DNA of 64,000 nucleotides from Candidatus Undinarchaeota archaeon (GCA_964636545.1 CAZWSR010000001.1:102821-166820); one strand, 5' to 3'. Shown: positions 19,990-30,280, numbered from the stretch's first letter. Numbers and translations: made by a program. Notes: a model not told the origin generated them from the letters alone.

Positions 19990-21078
19990 ATGAATGTAGA
20001 TATTAACAAGCTTTGGAATGATATGGATTATTCTGACAAACTCAGAAACCATTGTTATGCTGTTAACAAAAAAGCACTGGAGCTGGCAGACTCACTTATT
20101 GCTGACGGGATTAAAGTTAATAGAGATATTGTTGATGCAGGTTCACTACTTCACGATTTTGGTAGAGCAAAAAAACATGAATTAAATCACGGAGTTCTTG
20201 GTTATGAGAAACTTGTAGAACTTGGTGTTGATGAGGAAATTGCACGTATTGCAAGAAATCATGTTGGTGCTGGAATACGAAAAGAAGAAGCTGAAAAACT
20301 CAGCTTACCTGATGAAGATTTCATGCCAACCACAATTGAGCAGAAAATTGTTTCTTATGCTGACAACCTAATTGATAATAACAAATTAGTTGGATATGAA
20401 AAAGAACTAGTTGGTTGGAAAAAGCGTTGGGGAAATAACGCAGTTCAAGTTCAAAGGTTCAGAATGCAACATGAGGAATTGGAAAATTATATTGATTCTG
20501 CTGGAATGATTGCGCTTGAAGAAAGTGCAGGAATTCCAAAAAAAGATTTGATGGAGAAAGCAGGAAAAGGTGTTGCAGAATTTGTGAAAACATTTGATCT
20601 TGAAAACAAGAAAGTTTTGGTGTTCTGCGGCTCTGGAAATAATGGCGGAGATGGTTTTGTAACTGCACGATATTTGAAAGAAGCTGGAATTAGTGTTGAA
20701 ATGGCTGTTTTTGACGAGCAGAAAACAAAATTATCTAAAGAGAATTTCAAAAAAGCTGAAGAGCTTGGTATACCATTCCATACAATTCTTGCACCAGAGA
20801 GTGTTGGGGGGTATGGAGCAGATATTGTTGTTGATGCTATTTGTGGAACTGGTTTGCGAGGAGAAGCACGAGAGCCGCTTGCTAGCGTTATTGACTGGAT
20901 AAATCGGAAAGAAGTAATAACTATTTCTGTTGATATTCCATCTGGATTAAACCCAGATAATGGCGAGGCTAATGGTATTTCAGTGAATGCAGATTATACA
21001 ATTTGTGTGCACAAAGTGAAAAAAGGCCTTGTTGGAAATGAAAATGCTGGTGAAATGCGAATTGTGAAGATTTTTTAG
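19990..21078 (+). CDS. HD-domain / NAD(P)H-hydrate epimerase (YjeF_N) fusion
   Basis: N-terminal HC...LLHDFGR...HG...HVGAG...YADNL; C-terminal LMEKAG, GSGNNGGDG, VDAICGTG, SVDIPSG. Confidence 0.88.
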   Translation: MNVDINKLWNDMDYSDKLRNHCYAVNKKALELADSLIADGIKVNRDIVDAGSLLHDFGRAKKHELNHGVLGYEKLVELGVDEEIARIARNHVGAGIRKEEAEKLSLPDEDFMPTTIEQKIVSYADNLIDNNKLVGYEKELVGWKKRWGNNAVQVQRFRMQHEELENYIDSAGMIALEESAGIPKKDLMEKAGKGVAEFVKTFDLENKKVLVFCGSGNNGGDGFVTARYLKEAGISVEMAVFDEQKTKLSKENFKKAEELGIPFHTILAPESVGGYGADIVVDAICGTGLRGEAREPLASVIDWINRKEVITISVDIPSGLNPDNGEANGISVNADYTICVHKVKKGLVGNENAGEMRIVKIF

Positions 21079-21119
21079 AATCGAAAGCAGTTTAAAGAAG
21101 TAAAACCATAGGAAAAAGC

Positions 21120-22330
21120 ATGGCAGGAAGATATAAGCATACAGAAGATGTTTTGGATAGATTAGAACAGTATGTTGACGACCTAGAGGTATTTGAACGG
21201 AACGAAGATGAGGAATCTATACACAGATTTATAATAGAAAACAGTTTGGATGGATGGCTTGAGAATCAGTTTGGAGATACTGAGTGTAAAAACTTAAAAA
21301 CAAGAAAACTTGGAGATGATGAGGATGCAGTTGGTGTGGTATCTTGGCTTGGTATTGCTGGTTTTTTATTACAATTGGACAGATTTTGAAAAGGAATATT
21401 TATGACAAATATGATTACGTCCCTTTGTGGAGAAAAGGAAGAGATGATAAAAAATATTCATATGAGTTTACAAAAGAAAAGGGTGCAGGGGAAGAAACAA
21501 AGGTTTTTGAGAATTTCCTTAAAAAAGTAATAAAAGATGAAAGTCCAAAATTCGGATTTCTTTTTGGAGATCGCAAAGAGGATAAAAAAGGAAAGAAGAT
21601 AATAATTGAAGCAGTAATGCCAGCAAAAGAACTTGCAGAAGTTCTAGATGAATTTGTTGATAAACTTCCTGAAAACTATAGAGGACCACGCTGGAAAATA
21701 AAGAAAAGGGAAAATGAGAAAGATAAGAAATTAAAGGAAGTACTGGAAAAAATAGCACTTCACGGACCAAAAGAAGAAGATGTTAGAACCGCGATTCATT
21801 ATCTCTTATCATTAAAAGAAAGTATAAAATTTTCAAAAGAAAAAATTAAGAGAGTGAAAGAAAAACTTGCGTATCTGACACGTACAGGTGTATGGAAAAG
21901 TTTGAAAAACCACAGATGGCGTGAAATCACTTATTTAAGAAATAAATTTTTGGGAACTTATTATTATGAGCCAGGGCTTTTGAAACATTCATGGGCCAAA
22001 GAGAATATTTTAAAGAAAATGAAGGAAGGGAAGCTTAAAACAAGATTAACTTCCGAAGAATTGAAAGAAAAAATAAAGGTATTAAAAACTAAATGCAAGA
22101 TTGAAAACACAATGCCAAAATTCTTGTTCTTTGACAATGACCAGTTTGCTAAAATTGATGGAATAATGAAAGGAAGTATGACCTTCTTTAGTACTCGTAG
22201 AAAAAATAGCAAGAATTTGCCAATACTTGTTTGTATGGACAAAAACAGTGTGACTGCAAAGTGTATGTGTCTTGGTTATAGGACAGATGAAAAGGTTTAC
22301 AAAAGAATACGAAGATATCAGAAAAAGTAA
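21120..22330 (+). CDS. Orphan gene(s): two overlapping ORFs probably joined by a -1 frameshift
   Basis: ORFs 21120-21389 and 21344-22330 overlap across T TTT TTA (21362-21368). Confidence 0.5.
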
Positions 22331-23068
22331 TTATTCTTTAACTGGTTCTTCTAATTCCTGAACTTTCTCTTCCACTTTCTTTTCTGCTTCATCAATATTC
22401 TCAACATATAATTCTTTGAAAAATTCTTCTTGATGCAGAGTAACTTTGTGCTCATTTGCTAAATGAAGAAGTGGGAGGAAGGTTTCAATAATTCCTCGGC
22501 AGTTCTTTTTCTCAGTGAGATTTGAGAATGGGATTTTCTTTAAGCTGTGGGTGACGATTTGCTTGTAAAGATTATCGATTTTTTCAGAAATGTCTTCTTC
22601 TGGAAGGTCTAGCTTGAACTTTATCTTTCTTCCTCGTGGTTTTGGCGGCTCCATTGAAACTTTTAATTTGTCAATTAAGTCACCAAGAGTTATTTTTCTG
22701 ATGTGTTTTCGCTTGACATTTATGTTAAGATCTGGCACATCTGCCATTAATTCGCGCTCATCGCCGTCTTGGTCAAACAGATCCTCGTCAGTGAAATCAG
22801 TAAAATCATCATCAGAACCAGAAACATCTAGCGAAAGCAAAAGTTCTGACTTCATTTTTAAGAGAATTGAAACAGTAAGAATAAGACGAGCTGGAACTCG
22901 CAAGTCAAGTTGTTTCATTTCATTAACTCGAGCTGTGTATTTTGAAGTTAGTTTAGAAATATCAATGTCCCAAGGATCAAGGTCTTCAGCTTTTACAATA
23001 TCAAGTAAAACAAATTCCCATGCATTTTCGCTCTGAAGCATCTGCTCAATATTAGATTCTATATCCAT
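22331..23068 (-). CDS. scpA: Segregation/condensation protein A (kleisin)
   Basis: LDPWDIDI, ILLKMKS, FLPLLHLA...LHQEEFF; directly downstream of smc. Confidence 0.93.
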   Translation of the reverse strand: MDIESNIEQMLQSENAWEFVLLDIVKAEDLDPWDIDISKLTSKYTARVNEMKQLDLRVPARLILTVSILLKMKSELLLSLDVSGSDDDFTDFTDEDLFDQDGDERELMADVPDLNINVKRKHIRKITLGDLIDKLKVSMEPPKPRGRKIKFKLDLPEEDISEKIDNLYKQIVTHSLKKIPFSNLTEKKNCRGIIETFLPLLHLANEHKVTLHQEEFFKELYVENIDEAEKKVEEKVQELEEPVKE

Positions 23069-23070
23069 TT

Positions 23071-25788
23071 TTATTCCCCCTGTGGTGGCTTTTCTGGCTG
23101 TTCAACAGGAACTTCTTGGGGACTGTCAAGATTTGGCACATCAAGGTTTTCAATTGGTGTTTCAGTAGGTGCTTCAGGTTCTAGATTGGGTAATTCAAGT
23201 GGAATGTCTTCAAGCATTGGCTCATTTGATTCTTCCACTGCCTCCTGCCCACTGCCTTCTGCCTCGTCTTCTATAATTTCTTCCATCTTTGGCTCTTCAA
23301 CTTCTTTTTCTGCAATCTCGTCATTCGTTCCAATTTCAATTCCAACAAGTTTGGAAGTGCCATCTGATTGCATTGAAACACCGAATAGGCGCTCTGCATT
23401 TCTGACAACAGAATTATTGTGACTGATAATTAGAAGTTGGGATTTTTTTGCTCGCTCTTGCATTAAAGTGACGAATCGCATTGAGTTTGCTTGGTCAAGA
23501 GCAGCATCAACTTCGTCAAGAACATAAAATGGGGATGGTTTGTAGCTCTGGAGAGCAATTAAGAATGCTAATGCAGTCATTGTTTTTTCACCACCAGACA
23601 AGGAATCAATACTGAGAATCTTTTTTCCAGCTGGTTTTGCTTCAACAAACAATCCGCTTGCTAGTGGATCTTCTGGATCTTCAATTATTAAACGAGCTTC
23701 TCCCTCAGGTGAAAGTTTTGGGAAAACTTGTGAAAATTCTTCTCCGACCTTGTTGAAAACTTCAAAGAAAACTTCCTTTTTACGTTTTTCAATATCTTCA
23801 ATAAAGTCAATAATGGAATTGCGCTCACTCTTGAGAGTATTGAATTTTTCTTCAAATACTTGGAATTCTTTCATGTGCTGACCATACAGTTCAATTGCTT
23901 TCATATTCACTGGCTCAAGTTTTATGACATTATTGTTAACTTTGATTAAGCGCTCATCCATTTTTTCAATGTCGCCTTCTTCAAAGTCCATATCCTTGAA
24001 CTTCTCCATGTTCAGGCGAATGTCAGTGAGTTTTGCATCAATTTGCGCTTTTTCAATTCTAATATCAGAAATTTTGCGGGTTGCGGATTCTTTTTGAAGG
24101 CGAACTTGATCACATTTTTCTCTGAGCTTGTCAATTTCCAAATCAAGAACTTCAGAATCTCTCTGCATAGATTCCATTGTGTTTCCAACTTCCTTGTCCT
24201 TTTTCAAATAATCTTCATATTCTTTTTTGAGTGCCTCGTTACTGAGTGAAAGATCTTCAATTTCATCAAGGAGCTTGTCTCTGGTTTTGACATATTCCTC
24301 AATTTCTGAACCTGAACCTTTCTTTCCTCTTTTCTGAGATCCGCCACTAATTGATCCAGCTCTTTCTGCAATATCACCAAGAAGAGAAACCATTCTGATT
24401 TTACCAATGTGTGATTTTACTTTGTCAATATCTTCAACAATGTGAGTATTTCCAAAAGCGTATTGGAAGGCTTTATCGAATTTGCTGTCGTATTTCACAA
24501 GATTAAGTGCAAGTCCGATAATTCCAGCCCCATTTGTTTCCCTGATTTCTTTTGGTGGTTGGATTTTGTTGAGCGGGAGGAAAGTTGCGCGACCCATGCT
24601 GTTTTCTCTAAGGAAATTAACGCACTTGATTGCAGTATCGTCACTGTCAACAATCACAAAATGACTTCGTTTTCCAAGAGAATTTTCAATTGCACTTGCA
24701 TATTTTGCATCGTGAGTCATTAATTCAGAAACTGTTCCATGAATTCCTTCAATTTCTGATTTGAGATTGGAAATAAATCGTGCAGGAGTTGAACTGCGGG
24801 CTTGCAGGTTTGAGACCATCCCATCTATTCTTGAAATTTCAGATTGTTTGCTCTCTATTTTGCTTTCGTTAATTGAAATTCGGCCTTTAATGCGCTCTGC
24901 TTCGAATTTGACACCGACTTGCTCTGTGCTACCTTCGTGAATGAGCTTGGTATCAATTCCTTTTTTGCGTGATTGTTTTTCAGTGAGCTTGTTGTTGATA
25001 TCTGAAAATTCAGATGCAAATTTCTGCTCTTCTGTTTGTTCTAAACTTATTTTTTCCTGAATTTTGGATTCAATTACTTCTGCGTTTTTTAATTTAGTAA
25101 ATGCTAATTGTCCTTCAAGCCCAGCTGCCTCATCTTTGAGTGCTTTGTATTTTTCAGCATCTTCTTTTTCTTTCCTTAGTGATTCTACATGCTTTTTGCG
25201 CTCAGACATCACAATTACAATTTCTTTTATGTGAACTTCAACTGCACCAAGATCTTTCTGTGCTTTGTCTCGCTTTTCATCGTATTCTGAAATTCCACAG
25301 ATTTCATCAAGAACTTGTCTTCGGCCAAATGGGTCCATTTCAATGAAGTTCGTGACATCTCCTTGCAAGACAATGTTGTGACCACTGGCCTTGAACATGT
25401 GAGAAGAAAGAAGGTCAACCATTTGCTGTTTTGTGCATTTTTGGTTATTGACTTTGTAAGACATTGTACCGTTTCTGGTGAGACGGCGAGTTACGCGGAC
25501 TTCGTCATTTTCAAAAGGTAGTTCTCGCTTTTTGTTATCTAAAACTAGAGTGACTTCCATAGCAGTGGCTGGTGGATTACCTTTGCCCCCGTTGTAGATG
25601 AGATGCGCAAGCCGTTCTGCCCTCATTGAGCGTGCAGATGAACGCCCAAGAACAAAACAGATGGAGTCACAAATGTTTGACTTTCCAGAACCATTTGGTC
25701 CAACGAATGCTGTTAGGCCTTCGGAAAGCGGGATAACGACCTTCTTGTTGAAGGATTTGAAGCCCTGCATCTCTAAGCTCTTAATCAC
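23071..25788 (-). CDS. smc: SMC protein with short arms and an acidic C-terminal tail
   Basis: GFKSF, GPNGSGKSN, VLQGD, hinge GRATFLPL, LSGGEK, LDEVDAALD, ISH. Confidence 0.95.
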   Translation of the reverse strand: MIKSLEMQGFKSFNKKVVIPLSEGLTAFVGPNGSGKSNICDSICFVLGRSSARSMRAERLAHLIYNGGKGNPPATAMEVTLVLDNKKRELPFENDEVRVTRRLTRNGTMSYKVNNQKCTKQQMVDLLSSHMFKASGHNIVLQGDVTNFIEMDPFGRRQVLDEICGISEYDEKRDKAQKDLGAVEVHIKEIVIVMSERKKHVESLRKEKEDAEKYKALKDEAAGLEGQLAFTKLKNAEVIESKIQEKISLEQTEEQKFASEFSDINNKLTEKQSRKKGIDTKLIHEGSTEQVGVKFEAERIKGRISINESKIESKQSEISRIDGMVSNLQARSSTPARFISNLKSEIEGIHGTVSELMTHDAKYASAIENSLGKRSHFVIVDSDDTAIKCVNFLRENSMGRATFLPLNKIQPPKEIRETNGAGIIGLALNLVKYDSKFDKAFQYAFGNTHIVEDIDKVKSHIGKIRMVSLLGDIAERAGSISGGSQKRGKKGSGSEIEEYVKTRDKLLDEIEDLSLSNEALKKEYEDYLKKDKEVGNTMESMQRDSEVLDLEIDKLREKCDQVRLQKESATRKISDIRIEKAQIDAKLTDIRLNMEKFKDMDFEEGDIEKMDERLIKVNNNVIKLEPVNMKAIELYGQHMKEFQVFEEKFNTLKSERNSIIDFIEDIEKRKKEVFFEVFNKVGEEFSQVFPKLSPEGEARLIIEDPEDPLASGLFVEAKPAGKKILSIDSLSGGEKTMTALAFLIALQSYKPSPFYVLDEVDAALDQANSMRFVTLMQERAKKSQLLIISHNNSVVRNAERLFGVSMQSDGTSKLVGIEIGTNDEIAEKEVEEPKMEEIIEDEAEGSGQEAVEESNEPMLEDIPLELPNLEPEAPTETPIENLDVPNLDSPQEVPVEQPEKPPQGE
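23236..23263 (-). repeat. In-frame heptamer tract in the SMC tail
   Basis: Coding strand GGCAGAA GGCAGTG GGCAGGA GGCAGTG. Confidence 0.65.
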
Positions 25789-25831
25789 TGTGAAATAGTA
25801 TAGCGCCTAGTGTATTTAAGAGTTTTGTCAA

Positions 25832-25902
25832 AATGGAGTTTGGAGTTTAGAATTTAGAGTTTAGAGTAACTCCAAATTCCAAAATCTAAATTCTAAATTC
25901 TA
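25832..25902. repeat. Palindromic heptamer-repeat element (TTTRGAN family) overlapping the aspS stop
   Basis: AATGGAG TTTGGAG TTTAGAA TTTAGAG TTTAGAG TAA CTCCAAA TTCCAAA ATCTAAA TTCTAAA TTCTA. Confidence 0.9.
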
Positions 25903-27207
25903 CGGAGTTAATCTCTTAGCATCTCTTGGGAACAAAACAGCTTCCCGTACATTTGGCAAGCCAAGCATGACCATAACCAATCTGTCAACACCAATAGCCC
26001 AGCCAGCATGTGGCGGCATTCCGTATTTGTAAAACTCAATTGTTGATTCAAAGCCCTTTGGATTCATGCCTTTTGATTTCAAACCAGCAATGTACATGTC
26101 AGGATCGTGGATTCTGCGGCCACCTGAAGCTAATTCCATTCCTTCAAAAATTAAATCAAATCCGTATGATAGTTTTTTGTCTTTCTCATGTGGGTGGATG
26201 TAGTACGGTTTTTGCTCCATTGGCATTTCAGAAACTATCACAGGCCCTTTGTAAAGTTCTTGAATTATTCTCTCTCCCTCAGGTGGGATGTCCTCACCCC
26301 ATTTTAGTTTAAGTCCTTTGCCTGCAATTTGTTTTAGAATTTCAGTATAAGTTTTCACAACCATTTTCTTTGGCTGAGTAAGTGTGACTTTGAGGGTTTC
26401 AAGTTCTTTTTTGCAATTCTTTGCAACATCTGAGTAAATTCGCTTTAGGATGCCTTCTGCAACTGACCAAGTTGCTGTTTCATCAACAAAACCCATTTCA
26501 ATATCAAGTTGTGTTACTTCTGCTAAATGTTGAGTTGTGTCAGATGGTTCTGCGCGGAATACCTGACCAATTTCAAATACTTTTTCAAAACAAGATGTCA
26601 TTAATTCTTTGTAGATTTGCGGGCTTTGTCGCAAAAATGCTTCTTTATCAAAATAATTAATTGGGAAAAGTTCTGCACCACCTTCTGTGGCGCTTGCAAT
26701 CATTTTTGGTGTCTCAATTTCGCGGAAATCGCCTTCAGTTAGGTAATCGCGAGCTGATTTAAGAACTTGAGCGCGAATTGCGAAAATTGCCGATATTCGT
26801 GGTTTTCGGAGGTCAAGAACACGTGCGTCAAGGCGTGTGTCAAGCTCTGCCAAAACCTTCTCATTTACTTCAAGTGGTAGTGGTGTTTTGGACTTGTTTA
26901 GCAAAAGAATGTCGTCCAGGATGACTTCAACGCCCCTGTTTGTCTTATCTGTCTTTTTTACTGTTCCTTTTACTGCGACAGCAGACTCTCGTGTGATTTC
27001 TGAGAGTTTTTCAAAGGCCTTTGGTGCATTTTTCTTAAGAACCGTTACTTGAGCATCGCCTTCGCGGTCTGCAAGAACTAGAAAAGCTAGGTTTCCGTGG
27101 AGGCGAACGTCTCGCAACCAACCCATTAATGTTACTTTTTTCCCATCTAGAGCTGGAACTATTTCATTAGTGAAGTGTGTTTTAGTCCAGTTGGATAGTG
27201 AGTCCAT
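25900..27207 (-). CDS. aspS: Aspartate-tRNA ligase, archaeal type
   Basis: RLDARVLDLR, ATEGGAELF, QSPQIYK, FRAE, PPHAGWAIGVDR, LFPRD. Confidence 0.93.
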   Translation of the reverse strand: MDSLSNWTKTHFTNEIVPALDGKKVTLMGWLRDVRLHGNLAFLVLADREGDAQVTVLKKNAPKAFEKLSEITRESAVAVKGTVKKTDKTNRGVEVILDDILLLNKSKTPLPLEVNEKVLAELDTRLDARVLDLRKPRISAIFAIRAQVLKSARDYLTEGDFREIETPKMIASATEGGAELFPINYFDKEAFLRQSPQIYKELMTSCFEKVFEIGQVFRAEPSDTTQHLAEVTQLDIEMGFVDETATWSVAEGILKRIYSDVAKNCKKELETLKVTLTQPKKMVVKTYTEILKQIAGKGLKLKWGEDIPPEGERIIQELYKGPVIVSEMPMEQKPYYIHPHEKDKKLSYGFDLIFEGMELASGGRRIHDPDMYIAGLKSKGMNPKGFESTIEFYKYGMPPHAGWAIGVDRLVMVMLGLPNVREAVLFPRDAKRLTP

Positions 27208-27518
27208 TAGATTATGTTATAAAACAAAACCCAGTAGAACAGCCAGAATATTATGAATGGGTAGAAGCCGTTTGCGAGCCACCATTTTTTTGTGCGTTTT
27301 TCAGTGCCGTCTGCTTGTTTTTCTAGCGGATGCCACTTTGTGAATTTCTGTATTCCCTGACCAGTTGCCCAGGAAAATACTACCATCATTATTAAAGCAA
27401 GTTTTCCACTTGTTAAAACACTTGACACCAAGCCGACTAGTGAGCCGACAGCTGCGTGAACCAGAGTTGACTTTAACTCAGGAGTCCATTTTAATTCAAA
27501 GTTCCAGTTAAGTTTCAT
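27207..27518 (-). CDS. Small three-TM membrane protein (possibly EMC6-like)
   Basis: Three hydrophobic segments, KWWLANG...FWLFYWVLFYN; AGGTGA SD. Confidence 0.6.
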   Translation of the reverse strand: MKLNWNFELKWTPELKSTLVHAAVGSLVGLVSSVLTSGKLALIMMVVFSWATGQGIQKFTKWHPLEKQADGTEKRTKKWWLANGFYPFIIFWLFYWVLFYNII

Positions 27519-28179
27519 TTGTGAAATCACCTAATTGTTTTTGTTTTACATCTCCGATGAGATTTTCAATTGTTTCCCACGTATGCCTTACGATTTTTGG
27601 GAAGCCAGGATGTTCATTAAGCCAGTTCCTTAAAAAGGTTTGCGTCTTTGGATCGGACGGGTAGCCAGAGCCAAGATCACCATACAAATGTTTTAAGGAT
27701 GCAACTTCAGCATCACGGTCAACTTTTGCAAGTATGGAAGCTGCTGAGACAATTGGATAAGTGTCGTCTGCTTTGCATTCTGCAATGACTTTACAATCAA
27801 CTGTGAGCTGTGGAGTTAGTTTTGCAACAACATTCATTGTGTTTGCTTCAATTGAATCTAGATAAACAACATCTGGCTTAAGTTCATTGATTATTTTTGC
27901 CATATTTGAAAGTTCAAGAGCATTAAGATTGCCTTCAGCTCGCTTGTTATTGTCAATTTCTTCAGGTGAAATCTTGACAACGCGATGAGATTTTACTTTG
28001 GTTCGGATTTTGTGGTACAAATCAGCTCGCTGTTTTGGAGTATGTCTTTTTGAGTCCCTTACTCCGAGTTTTTGAAGGTCTTTTAATTTGTCTTCTTCCA
28101 TCATAGCTCCAGCTATCACTAATGGACCAATTACTGCACCACGTCCTGCCTCATCAATACCAAGAATTAATTTTGTCAT
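27508..28179 (-). CDS. rnhB: Ribonuclease HII
   Basis: GIDEAGRGAVIGP, DSK, KADD, SAASILAKV, GSGYPSDP. Confidence 0.97.
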   Translation of the reverse strand: MTKLILGIDEAGRGAVIGPLVIAGAMMEEDKLKDLQKLGVRDSKRHTPKQRADLYHKIRTKVKSHRVVKISPEEIDNNKRAEGNLNALELSNMAKIINELKPDVVYLDSIEANTMNVVAKLTPQLTVDCKVIAECKADDTYPIVSAASILAKVDRDAEVASLKHLYGDLGSGYPSDPKTQTFLRNWLNEHPGFPKIVRHTWETIENLIGDVKQKQLGDFTNET

Positions 28180-28244
28180 TTCCCTCTCAATGAAAATGAT
28201 TGGAAGTATTTATGTAGTTTTGTATTAATGAGAATATGTAGAAA

Positions 28245-29573
28245 ATGACAGAAGTAGACCATGAAAGACTGGAAAAGTTTTTAGCTAAAGGTGGTAGTCT
28301 GAAACCTCCTCCGCAACTCTGGTTCGATCAAGATGATTTTAATAGAGTAAGGCCTAGAACAATAAAAAGTGGAACTGATGTTGTGCTGGCAATGGATTTG
28401 CCTTCAAAAATAAAGAGATTTGAAAGAATACGATGGAAGAGCGACTATGTTGCTATACTCAATATAAATAATCAAGACAGAAATATGTTGATATTTAATA
28501 AGGATTTTGACACGAAAAATTGGATAGCTCTGCAAAAAATACTTTCACCAGTTTTGTCTACGAAAATGACTAGAGAGGAAGCGCTTTCCATTTTGATATT
28601 TTGCACTAGTCTTGCATATTCATACTCATTAAATCAGTTTGTGTTTTCAAAAGGTGTTGTTAAAAAAATGAATTCAGCTCTTGGTAATCGTTTGCAAGTG
28701 AAAGAGACAAACAAGACAGATACACTGCTGAAACAATTGAAAATAAAAAAGGACGAGCTGAAGAAAATTGTTTTGGATCAATTACAATTATTCCTTGAAA
28801 AAACAGAATCAAATAGAGAGTTCCCAGTTCCAATGGAACTGTTTAGGATGGGGCGTTTGATTTCAACTAGAGAGAATTCGTTTGTAAGTATGATTAAAAA
28901 ACAAGCAGAACGAAAATGCAAAAACGTGATTGTGGATGTTGGATGTTTCAAAAGTGTGTTTTTCCACACCTTGATGGAAAAGCAAGAAAAACTTTTGAAA
29001 AACAGTTGCCTAGTTGGACTTGATATTGGTGGAATCTCAGAACCAGTGTGGAGACTTTACAAGGAAGTAAAAGATTTTGATGAGATAAGAAAAGTAATTC
29101 AAAACGCTGGAGCATTTCGGCCGGGCGCAGAGCAGTGGTTCAGGTACACTGACATAAAGAAAATTCCAAAAACGGAACGGAATAAGTTGTTTGTTAATAG
29201 AAAATATCCAAATGTAATACTTATTGTTGGGAAGAGAGGGATGAATGAATATGAACATCGAAAGTACAGAAGTGGGCCTGGAGATTATAGAAAAATTGGA
29301 CGAATATTTTCAGATGAAGTTTTGAAGAATCGGTTTGGAATGGTGACTTACAGGAGAATGTTCAAGCACGAGCACAATATTGTAGGAAATCCATTAGAAT
29401 TTCTTGAAAAATATTCAAATGCATTTTACATTTGTTCAGAAAGGTATGAAAATGACCAGAGGAGAATAAGAAGAGGAATTGGAAATGCAAGAAAAGTGTT
29501 GAAAGATTGGAGAACAAAAGAGTGGAAAGAAGAACACTCATACTTTTTATTTGCTGAGAGGAAGAAGAAATGA
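28245..29573 (+). CDS. Orphan protein with possible SAM-binding motif
   Basis: 442-aa ORF; VIVDVGC...LVGLDI. Confidence 0.55.
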   Translation: MTEVDHERLEKFLAKGGSLKPPPQLWFDQDDFNRVRPRTIKSGTDVVLAMDLPSKIKRFERIRWKSDYVAILNINNQDRNMLIFNKDFDTKNWIALQKILSPVLSTKMTREEALSILIFCTSLAYSYSLNQFVFSKGVVKKMNSALGNRLQVKETNKTDTLLKQLKIKKDELKKIVLDQLQLFLEKTESNREFPVPMELFRMGRLISTRENSFVSMIKKQAERKCKNVIVDVGCFKSVFFHTLMEKQEKLLKNSCLVGLDIGGISEPVWRLYKEVKDFDEIRKVIQNAGAFRPGAEQWFRYTDIKKIPKTERNKLFVNRKYPNVILIVGKRGMNEYEHRKYRSGPGDYRKIGRIFSDEVLKNRFGMVTYRRMFKHEHNIVGNPLEFLEKYSNAFYICSERYENDQRRIRRGIGNARKVLKDWRTKEWKEEHSYFLFAERKKK

Positions 29574-30280
29574 AATTCGAAATAAACCCTGAAATATTTG
29601 AGAAGTTCCCAGGACTGAATCTGGGTGTAGTTATTGCAAAAAATGTTGATAATGCTGGTGAGAATGTTGAGATTATTAAGTTTTTGAGGGAACAAGAAAA
29701 GGCAGTTGCTGATACGTTGGAAACTGAAACTCTTTCCCAAAACCCGAAGATAGCGCCATGGAGAGCAGCTTATTCAAGTTTTGGAGCAAAGCCGAAAAAA
29801 TACAAATGCTCAGTTGAAGCACTGATGAGGAGAGCAATTAAAGGTGAAGAGCTTCCACATATTAGTAAATTAGTTGATGTTTACAATGCACTGAGTTTGA
29901 AGCATATTTTGCCAATGGGTGGAGACGATATTGACAATATTGATGGGAATGTTATGCTGAAAATTGCTGACGGAACTGAGAAATTTGTTCCACTATTGTC
30001 TAAAGAAGTTGAAAATCCACATGCAGGTGAAGTTGTTTATGAAGATGATAAAGATATTTTGTGCAGAAGATGGAACTGGCGGGAATGTGATAAGAGTAAA
30101 ATGACTGAGGAGACCAAGAATGTTATTTTGTATGTTGAGGGTTTGGTTCCTGTTGAAAAAGCTGAGGTTGAAAGTGCTATTTCAGAGTTGGCTGAGCTTG
30201 TGAAGAAGTATTGTGGAACTGAGACAACTGAAATTGTTACTAAGATTTTGAGTAAGGAAGATTCGAGTGTTGAATTTTAA
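29570..30280 (+). CDS. Stand-alone B3/B4 domain protein (PheRS editing-like)
   Basis: WRAAY, SVEALMRR, LVDVYN, GGDD, CRRWNWRE. Confidence 0.9.
   Translation: MKFEINPEIFEKFPGLNLGVVIAKNVDNAGENVEIIKFLREQEKAVADTLETETLSQNPKIAPWRAAYSSFGAKPKKYKCSVEALMRRAIKGEELPHISKLVDVYNALSLKHILPMGGDDIDNIDGNVMLKIADGTEKFVPLLSKEVENPHAGEVVYEDDKDILCRRWNWRECDKSKMTEETKNVILYVEGLVPVEKAEVESAISELAELVKKYCGTETTEIVTKILSKEDSSVEF

Noticed and set aside
20770-20820. Possible degenerate repeat insert in the epimerase domain (IPFHTILAPESVGGYGA)
   Set aside because: Periodicity is too weak to call by eye.
8634-25902. CRISPR array interpretation of the repeats
   Set aside because: Units are 7-8 nt and contiguous with no unique spacers, and there are no cas genes in the window.
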